In this document: positions 51,025 through 57,202 of the stretch, one piece after another
Numbering within the stretch: the stretch's first letter is position 1
Layout: each line of letters begins with the position of its first letter
Source: Rhodococcus sp. (in: high G+C Gram-positive bacteria)
GTDB taxonomy: Bacteria; Actinomycetota; Actinomycetes; Mycobacteriales; Mycobacteriaceae
Assembly (NCBI GenBank): GCA_049591685.1
Contig: JBAWFH010000052.1
DNA: 57,202 nt
Direction: 5' to 3' (one strand)
Translations under genes and position numbers: made by a program
Notes under the pieces: model-generated
The model's input: the letters and a program-made list of their open reading frames with translations, nothing else
The model's database searches: none
Told to the model about the DNA's origin: nothing

Positions 51025-51240
51025 CTATGCGATCCTCCGCTTGTAGGCAGCCGTAGCAGCGAAGTAGGCCACTACCAGGTTCCCAACGCACCAGGCCAGT
51101 GTCATCCAAATTTCTCGACCTACCGGTTGCTGCGCGAACAATGCGCGGATCGTGTCGACGATCGACGTCACGGGCTGGCTTTCGGCGAACCACTGCACCG
51201 GGCCGGGCATCGTGCCGGTGGGAACGAAGGCTGAACTGAG
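51025..51240 (-). pseudogene. 3' remnant of DrrB-like ABC-2 permease
   Basis: LSSAFVPTGTMPGPVQWFAESQPVTSIVDTIRAL...LAWCVG...AYKRR; upstream sequence is unrelated. Confidence 0.75.
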
Positions 51241-51475
51241 TTGTGTGTTCGGACGGTACGACTGGGGTCCGACAGTCCGTGCGATTCGTCGAAGTCTTCG
51301 CTGTTGTCGAAGTCGCGCTGACCGCTCGTCAGCGCAGTTTGCCGAGCTCGTCCGTTCGATCACCTGGACGAACCTGAAGATCACTCCTCGACGGTCGGCG
51401 CCATTCGAATACAGGCCGGTCTCGACCACACGAGTCGGCGCTGCCCAACTCGCGGCATCTTGCGACCGGCAGATA

Positions 51476-52099
51476 TCAGTTGTACCAACGCCATTCGGTC
51501 CGCATCGGTAGATTCGGTAATTTCTTTCGTCCCGTCGCCCACAACAAAAGGTCGAAGGGGTGCTCCTCCGGTGGGACATCGACGTCGGGAAGCAGCCGTG
51601 TAAGGACTCGACGACACAGCGGGCCGTCCGGCTTCCATTCGACGCCGGTCCCGTCGAACAGGTCATGACCATGCACGGCCAGTTCGACTGTGGCCATCGC
51701 GGCGAAACCTTCGCCGTTGGCCCTGCCGAACACGTGGGCGACGGCGACGTTCGGCGAACTCACCGTTACTGTCGCGATCAAAATATTCGACGCAGCCTCG
51801 ATCACCGCCGCGAGGCCGTGGGGACCTGCGTCACGATTGCAGTGCGTCAATTCGTCGGGCGCACCGGTGCGACGCCGGGTCGTCGCGAATGGGATGTCGT
51901 CGGGGTAGGTCGGCGCGGCCACGGTCGCGGCGTAGACCATCAAATCGTCGGCGACATGCTCCGCTGTCTCCCACCGTGTCCACGACAACGAACCCGCGGG
52001 CTGATCCCACAACTCCAAATGCAAGGCGATCACGCCGTCGAGCAACTTCGTCGTCAACGCTCGAACGTCACGGACGAACGAAGACACCGGTGCGTTCAT
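51476..52099 (-). CDS. DinB/mycothiol-dependent maleylpyruvate isomerase N-terminal family protein
   Basis: WDQPAGSLSWTRWETAEHV, ELAVHGHD, LLWATGR. Confidence 0.8.
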   Translation of the reverse strand: MNAPVSSFVRDVRALTTKLLDGVIALHLELWDQPAGSLSWTRWETAEHVADDLMVYAATVAAPTYPDDIPFATTRRRTGAPDELTHCNRDAGPHGLAAVIEAASNILIATVTVSSPNVAVAHVFGRANGEGFAAMATVELAVHGHDLFDGTGVEWKPDGPLCRRVLTRLLPDVDVPPEEHPFDLLLWATGRKKLPNLPMRTEWRWYN

Positions 52100-52275
52100 G
52101 CTGGCAATTCTGCCGCCCGCGGCGCCTGGTGTCGACGACGCCTACTCGCGTCCGGTTGACACTCTCGAACTGGCCTCGTCGCGGCGACCTAAGAATGGGT
52201 TCGCCCCGGCGCAAGACAGTCGTCAGATGAAATTGGCGCGCGTCAGGTGGTCCAGCGCTGGCAGGATTACTCGAC

Positions 52276-53019
52276 GTGATCGAGAACCCGACCGTCGAAC
52301 AGTTCCGCCGGCTGGCTCAGTCGTCCCCGTGGCGCTGGAGGACAGCCGAGTTCGAATTTGTTGACGATAGCAATACTGCCCCGGTGCACGCCTGGATTCG
52401 ACGGCCCGGTTCGCTGCGCGTGGAAACCGCGGACGGCGCGATCATCGAAATCATTAGGGATGCGGTGCCGTTCGCAGGAACGATGATGACGTATTCGGAC
52501 GGAGTATCCCGGCAGCCGCAGGCGCGGTGGGCTTCGGACACGATCCCTGAGTTCGACGCCGACGGGCTGGTGTCGGCGCTGCCTTCCGACACAGAGTCCC
52601 GACTCGTCGACTGGGATGATCCGTTCTACGAGAACTACCGATGGATTGCGATGCTCAACCCCATCGAAATCGTCCGCTCTCCCCACGACCATTCGATTAC
52701 GGAGACGGTCACCGTACTCTCCGACGTACGAGCGGTCGAGCATCACGGCCGTCCGGCTTGGCAGGTGATCGCCCGCACCACGGACAAGTACGACGCGCGG
52801 TGCGAATGTTGCCCGCTGCTGAGCGGACACTGGGATTACGCCCACAAGCGTTGGGTTCCAGGACCACCGGTAATCGTGCGCCTCGACGTACAGACCGGTA
52901 TCTGCGTCTACGTCGGGTCTGCCCCCGGCGGGTCCGCGAACGGGAGCGACATGGACGTGAGGATCCTGGGTGTCGACCTTTCGATGCCGGACAGCCTGTT
53001 CGTACGCGCTGACCGGTAA
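52276..53019 (+). CDS. conserved hypothetical protein
   Basis: Protein-like composition (LAQSSPWRW, AWIRRPG, WIAMLNP, RCECCPLL, VRLDVQTGIC); RBS agga. Confidence 0.75.
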   Translation: MIENPTVEQFRRLAQSSPWRWRTAEFEFVDDSNTAPVHAWIRRPGSLRVETADGAIIEIIRDAVPFAGTMMTYSDGVSRQPQARWASDTIPEFDADGLVSALPSDTESRLVDWDDPFYENYRWIAMLNPIEIVRSPHDHSITETVTVLSDVRAVEHHGRPAWQVIARTTDKYDARCECCPLLSGHWDYAHKRWVPGPPVIVRLDVQTGICVYVGSAPGGSANGSDMDVRILGVDLSMPDSLFVRADR

Positions 53020-53062
53020 GGAAAGAATCACCTGTCGACACTGCATCTACAAGTCCCGATGG

Positions 53063-53929
53063 TCACCCGAGCACCGTGCGCAATGTTGCTGCAAACTCGG
53101 TGGGCTTTCCTGTTTGGCCGAATTCGCCACCGGCGAACCCTGCGTGGCCGCCGGGGAACACGGTGGGGTCGATCCCCAGCAGCGCTGCTACGGCATAACC
53201 TGCGCGACCGGCCATTTCGCCGTCGACCGGCCCGCCGGATTCTTCGCCGACGCCAATGACAACGCGGGTGGACGACGCATGGACCGCGTCGGCGTCGGGC
53301 GCATAGTTCGCGCCGCCGCCGCGCATGTTTGCCATCAACGGATCCGTCCGCGATCCGTCGTCGCTGTCGGACATTCCGAACGCGGCCGGCTCCGGCGCGG
53401 GCTGCGCGAGGTAGGCGTCGTCGATCGGGCCACGGTGCATCACCAGGGCGATGAATGCGGCCATCGCCGGTCCGAGTCCCTTCGCGTCGTAGGTCGCGAC
53501 CATGTTCGAACACACCTGGTGTAGGTGCTCGCAGTCGGGCAGCGTGCCGCCGGCCGGTGGTTCGTGGGCGACGAGCGTGCGCACATCGTCCGGATGATGC
53601 GTGACCAGTTCCAGTCCGTTGACTGCGCCGCCGCTCGAGGCGAAGATGTCGACCGGGCCGCAAGCGAGGGATTCGATCAGCGCATGTAGATCGTCGGCAT
53701 GTTGCCGAGGAGTGACGGCGGCTGTGGCGTCAGCAGGGAGGCTACGACCGGTGTTGCGGGGGTCGTAGGTGATCACCACTCGGTCGGCGAAGTGGGACGC
53801 CAGCGTCGTGAATCCGGTGGCGTCCATGGGCGATCCGATGAGCATGAGGGGAGTCACCCCCGGCGCGAGTTCACCGCGGACGTCAAAGGTCAGCGTTGCG
53901 TCTGGAAGGGCCAGTGTTCGTATGTCCAT
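53063..53929 (-). CDS. alpha/beta hydrolase
   Basis: IGSPMDA, YDPR, FASSGGA, HEPP, FPGGHAGF. Confidence 0.9.
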   Translation of the reverse strand: MDIRTLALPDATLTFDVRGELAPGVTPLMLIGSPMDATGFTTLASHFADRVVITYDPRNTGRSLPADATAAVTPRQHADDLHALIESLACGPVDIFASSGGAVNGLELVTHHPDDVRTLVAHEPPAGGTLPDCEHLHQVCSNMVATYDAKGLGPAMAAFIALVMHRGPIDDAYLAQPAPEPAAFGMSDSDDGSRTDPLMANMRGGGANYAPDADAVHASSTRVVIGVGEESGGPVDGEMAGRAGYAVAALLGIDPTVFPGGHAGFAGGEFGQTGKPTEFAATLRTVLG

Positions 53930-53971
53930 GAAGGGGTCGACTCGCTCCGCGCGCGAAACTCATCGGCCACC

Positions 53972-54630
53972 CCGGGCGGGTATGGACACCCCCCCCCCGA
54001 AGAAGTGGTCGTCCGCGCTATCGCTGCCAACCGCGACAACATCACGCTATGCAGCAAGTTGGTATCTACCTAGGTACGTCGCGACGATGGCTCGTTGAAA
54101 CGCCTCGACGTCGACCACATCGACCTGTATTACCTCCACCATCGCAGTGAAGACACACCCATCGAAGAAAGCGTCACCGCGATGGCCACACTGCGCGAGG
54201 CCGGGAAATCCGGGCGCTGGGACTGTCCAACGTGACTTTGGACGACGTCCGACGCGCTCATGCCGTTCATCCCATCGCTGCCGGCAAGAGCAATGGTCCT
54301 TGACGCATCGAACGACGGAATCGTTCTTGCATCTTGGCCGAACTCGAGATCATACTCGTCGCGCACTCACCCCTCGGGCACGGGAATCTCCATCAAACCA
54401 GCTGTAACCCGGTTGCCCGCTCACTCGCCGGCATCGCCTCGCGCACGGGAGCGACAGCCGGTCAGATCGCACTTGTGTGGATCCATCACCGTGGTCGACA
54501 AGCCGCGGCGACGGTCATTCCTTTACATGGGACCACCAGCATCGCTCACTTGCACGCCAACATCGCCTCCGCGCGAATCATGCTCAACAAGAACGACATA
54601 GCGGAACTCGACGCGGCATCCAACGTGCCG
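53972..54630 (+). pseudogene. aldo/keto reductase pseudogene (multiple frameshifts and deletions)
   Basis: Pieces in different frames: [72 protein letters not shown]. Confidence 0.85.
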
Positions 54631-54789
54631 ACCCCGTCGAGCCCATGGCCTAGCCGTCGACCGATGGGTCGACGTTCCCCAGCACGACTGCGAGGTCCTT
54701 CTCTCAGCCATGCGCCTCGCTTTTTCCTCGGTTGGAGTTCGCCAACGGGCTCGGTGCCATTCTGCGTGAGCGAACGAGTCCTGGGAATG

Positions 54790-54826
54790 TGTCGGAGGGA
54801 TGCGGTAGATTCGAAAGTATGTTCGA
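54790..54826 (+). promoter_or_regulatory. PafBC (RecA-NDp) promoter overlapped by a LexA SOS box
   Basis: TGTCGG-N10-TAGATT (54790-54811), 7 nt before ATG 54819. TCGAAAgtatGTTCGA (54811-54826) differs by 1 base from TCGAAC-N4-GTTCGA. Confidence 0.8.
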
Positions 54827-56936
54827 TACGGGGGTTTCGGCGGGGGACGCCACCGGTCTGTCCGACGGTGGCGGTGTCCTCGGTAGCGACGGTGCGCTCG
54901 GTGGTGACGGTGCGCTCGGTGGTGACGGTGCGCTCGGTGGTGACGGTGCGCTCGGGAGTGCCGCCGCGAATGCGTGTGTTGCGGGTTTGTCCGGGTTTGC
55001 GGCCAGGTGCCGTGTGCAAGAAAACCGTGCGCGCGCACGGACCGTGGAGACGGTCTGCGAGATAGCCGACATCCGCTTGGCCGACGCGGCGCGAAACGAC
55101 GGTGATGCGTTGGAGACCATGCACGAGGTGGCGTGCGAAGTCGCTGTCGCGTTGAGAGTGTCTCGGCAGGTCGCCCGTCCGCTTGTCGAGGTGGGGTGCA
55201 CCCTCGGCCGACTACCGCTGACCGCCGTCAGGTTCGTGTGCGGCGCACTCGACTGGGCGCGCGTGCACGTGTTGACATCGGTGCTCGGCAAAGCAAGTGA
55301 CCGGACGATCGCTGCGCTCGAATTCGGGGCAGTGGCAGCGGCGGAGAGGCTCAACCCGCGGGCTTTGCGATCTTCGCTGTGGCGCATGTGGTGTGCGTAC
55401 GACCGTGACGAGGCGGCCATCGCGCACGCCGAGGCCCGAGAGCAGGGCCGGGGAGTGCATGTGCGCTCCGATCCGAACGGCGGGTCGGTGCTCGAGGCCA
55501 CCCTCACCGATCTCGAGGGCGCCGAGGCCGAAGCCCTCGTGCAGGAAATAGTGTCGACCGTCTGCGCTAAGGACCCGAGGTCGTCGAAGGCCGTGCGCGT
55601 CGACGGTTTGATGGCGTTGCTGCACGGCGAACACGCCCTCGAATGCCAGTGCGGGCAAGGCGATCTGTGCCCGCAGTTCGGTGTGGCGGACTCACCGGAT
55701 AGGCGGCGCGGTGCGCTGATTCAGATCGTGATCGATGTGCAGACACTGTTGGGGCTGAACCAGGACCCAGCGATGCTGCCCGACGGTACTCCGCTCGATG
55801 CCGAGACCGCCCGCCTCGTTGCAGAGGACGCCCAGTGGCAGGGCCTGCTCACCGAACTGCTCGAGGTCGTAGAAGCCCGCCGCAGCGGTGTGCCCGACGA
55901 ATCTAGTGGCAGAATGGCCGACGGCAGTGGTCCGGATGGCGGCGGCCCGGGCAGTGGTGGTCTGGACGGTGCTGGTCCGGACGCTGATGGTCCGGACGAA
56001 TGCGATCCCTTGGGCTGGAATCCCGACGATGGCTGTCCAGGAGGCAGGGGCCCCGACGACGGTGGCCCGGGCGGTGGTCCGGGCGGTGGTCCGGGCGGTG
56101 ATTCTGGGGGCGGTGGTTCCCAGAACGGGGATGGTCGGGGCGATGCCGCGCCGAGGGGTGATGTGCTCCAGCTGCCTCGGTTGTTGTCCCGCGGCAGGAT
56201 TCGACGGGGCGGCACGGTACCCGCGTTTCGTGAACGGACACCCAGCCACGGAGTGCTCGGCGCTTCGGGGTCTGCGGCCGAGGAGGCGGTTCGCGCCCGC
56301 GTCGTTGCTGCGCTCTTGACTGCGATCGAGTCCGACCCGGCGTTGGCTGCGGGACTGCATCCGGACGGCCACGGCGGTCGCACAACACCGGACGAGGCTG
56401 CGCTGACATACCGCCCAGGATCCGAGCTTGCTGCACGCGTGCGCATGACCTACCGGATGTGCACACATCCCGGATGTGACGTCCCGTCGACGCGCTGCGA
56501 ACTCGACCACATTGTTCCCTTCGACCACGACGATCCTGCTCGTGGAGGATGGACCATCGAGACGAACCTGCACCCGGTGTGCACGGGGCACCACCTGCTC
56601 AAGACCAATAGGTCCGCCGCGGTCGCCTATCTGGCGGGCGGAGTCATTCTGTGGACCACCCGAGCCGGCATCCGGTCGCTGACATTGCCCGAGCTGGGCT
56701 GTCCCACCCTTCCGCGGAAGCGAAAACGGGGCCGAAAGCACGCAGAACCCGATGTCGGGCAGGAAACCTGGTGGGAGAAACACATGGCTCCCGACGCCCC
56801 ATCTCCTACCGCAGCCGACTACCGTGCCGCGGCGACCGACGCCGCCCGTACCCGAGTCCGCTTGCTGCGGCGACGGTTTCGCGAACACAAGTCGATCCGC
56901 CGCCTACGTGAGAGGAACGCACCACCACCGTTTTAG
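54819..56936 (+). CDS. DUF222 + HNH endonuclease (13E12/REP13E12 family)
   Basis: EVAVALRVS, RLP, G.LDW.RV; C-terminal YRP..L...VR..CTHPGC..CELDHIVPF..GGWT..NL..C..HH..K; leaderless MFD start. Confidence 0.9.
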   Translation: MFDTGVSAGDATGLSDGGGVLGSDGALGGDGALGGDGALGGDGALGSAAANACVAGLSGFAARCRVQENRARARTVETVCEIADIRLADAARNDGDALETMHEVACEVAVALRVSRQVARPLVEVGCTLGRLPLTAVRFVCGALDWARVHVLTSVLGKASDRTIAALEFGAVAAAERLNPRALRSSLWRMWCAYDRDEAAIAHAEAREQGRGVHVRSDPNGGSVLEATLTDLEGAEAEALVQEIVSTVCAKDPRSSKAVRVDGLMALLHGEHALECQCGQGDLCPQFGVADSPDRRRGALIQIVIDVQTLLGLNQDPAMLPDGTPLDAETARLVAEDAQWQGLLTELLEVVEARRSGVPDESSGRMADGSGPDGGGPGSGGLDGAGPDADGPDECDPLGWNPDDGCPGGRGPDDGGPGGGPGGGPGGDSGGGGSQNGDGRGDAAPRGDVLQLPRLLSRGRIRRGGTVPAFRERTPSHGVLGASGSAAEEAVRARVVAALLTAIESDPALAAGLHPDGHGGRTTPDEAALTYRPGSELAARVRMTYRMCTHPGCDVPSTRCELDHIVPFDHDDPARGGWTIETNLHPVCTGHHLLKTNRSAAVAYLAGGVILWTTRAGIRSLTLPELGCPTLPRKRKRGRKHAEPDVGQETWWEKHMAPDAPSPTAADYRAAATDAARTRVRLLRRRFREHKSIRRLRERNAPPPF
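54888..54956 (+). repeat. in-frame 18-bp tandem repeat (DGALGG)n
   Basis: gacggtgcgctcggtggt x~4. Confidence 0.9.
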
Positions 56937-57202
56937 TCCACATCGACTCATGGCATCAGAGGTGTCGACCTACAAGTCGGTAGCAAGACCGACCCGTCGG
57001 TCGTCCTCGTTCGACGACTGGAAGGTTGCTACCGCTCCGACCATTCCGTCGGATCAGAACCACCTCAATGGTCGTCAGAACCGAGGTGTGGGCCTTGTGG
57101 CGCCCGCCTCATACCTGCTGGACACGGAGTCGATCGTCCAACTAGAGCAAAACGACCACCGAATCGCGTTTCAACCGACCCACAGCCCCATCTCAACCCG
57201 GC

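Noticed and set aside
53989..53998. C10 homopolymer as a phase-variation switch
   Set aside because: It lies in a gene with several other lesions, so changing the tract length could not restore function.

Overview
High-GC actinobacterial chromosomal DNA, most likely Rhodococcus/Nocardiaceae (inferred from gene content and order). The first ~31 kb is the conserved Mycobacteriales core block: Rv3587c-like, canB, mutY, hydrolases, mhuD, clpC1, lysS, coaX-panD-panC-DUF2520, folK-folB-folP-folE, ftsH, hpt, tilS, dacB and ppa. It carries inserted c-di-GMP, osmC and MFS genes plus a cysteine dioxygenase/rhodanese pair, and lsr2 is absent from its usual slot between lysS and clpC1. The right half is accessory. 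It holds a PAS protein, a diguanylate cyclase, MarR/TetR/GntR regulators, allantoicase, a SAM-IV riboswitch-controlled cysteine desulfurase, a Pls/PosA-type membrane NRPS coupled to an M1 aminopeptidase, a cupredoxin lipoprotein operon, a patch of gene remnants and a DUF222-HNH gene with PafBC and LexA sites. The most notable items are the polymer-synthetase/peptidase pair, a Cys-rich leaderless uORF ahead of cysteine dioxygenase, the missing lsr2, a dispersed 53-bp palindromic element and repeated tandem duplications at gene 3' ends. No rRNA, tRNA, CRISPR array or transposase was recognised. Family assignments come from motif recognition by eye, not database searches.
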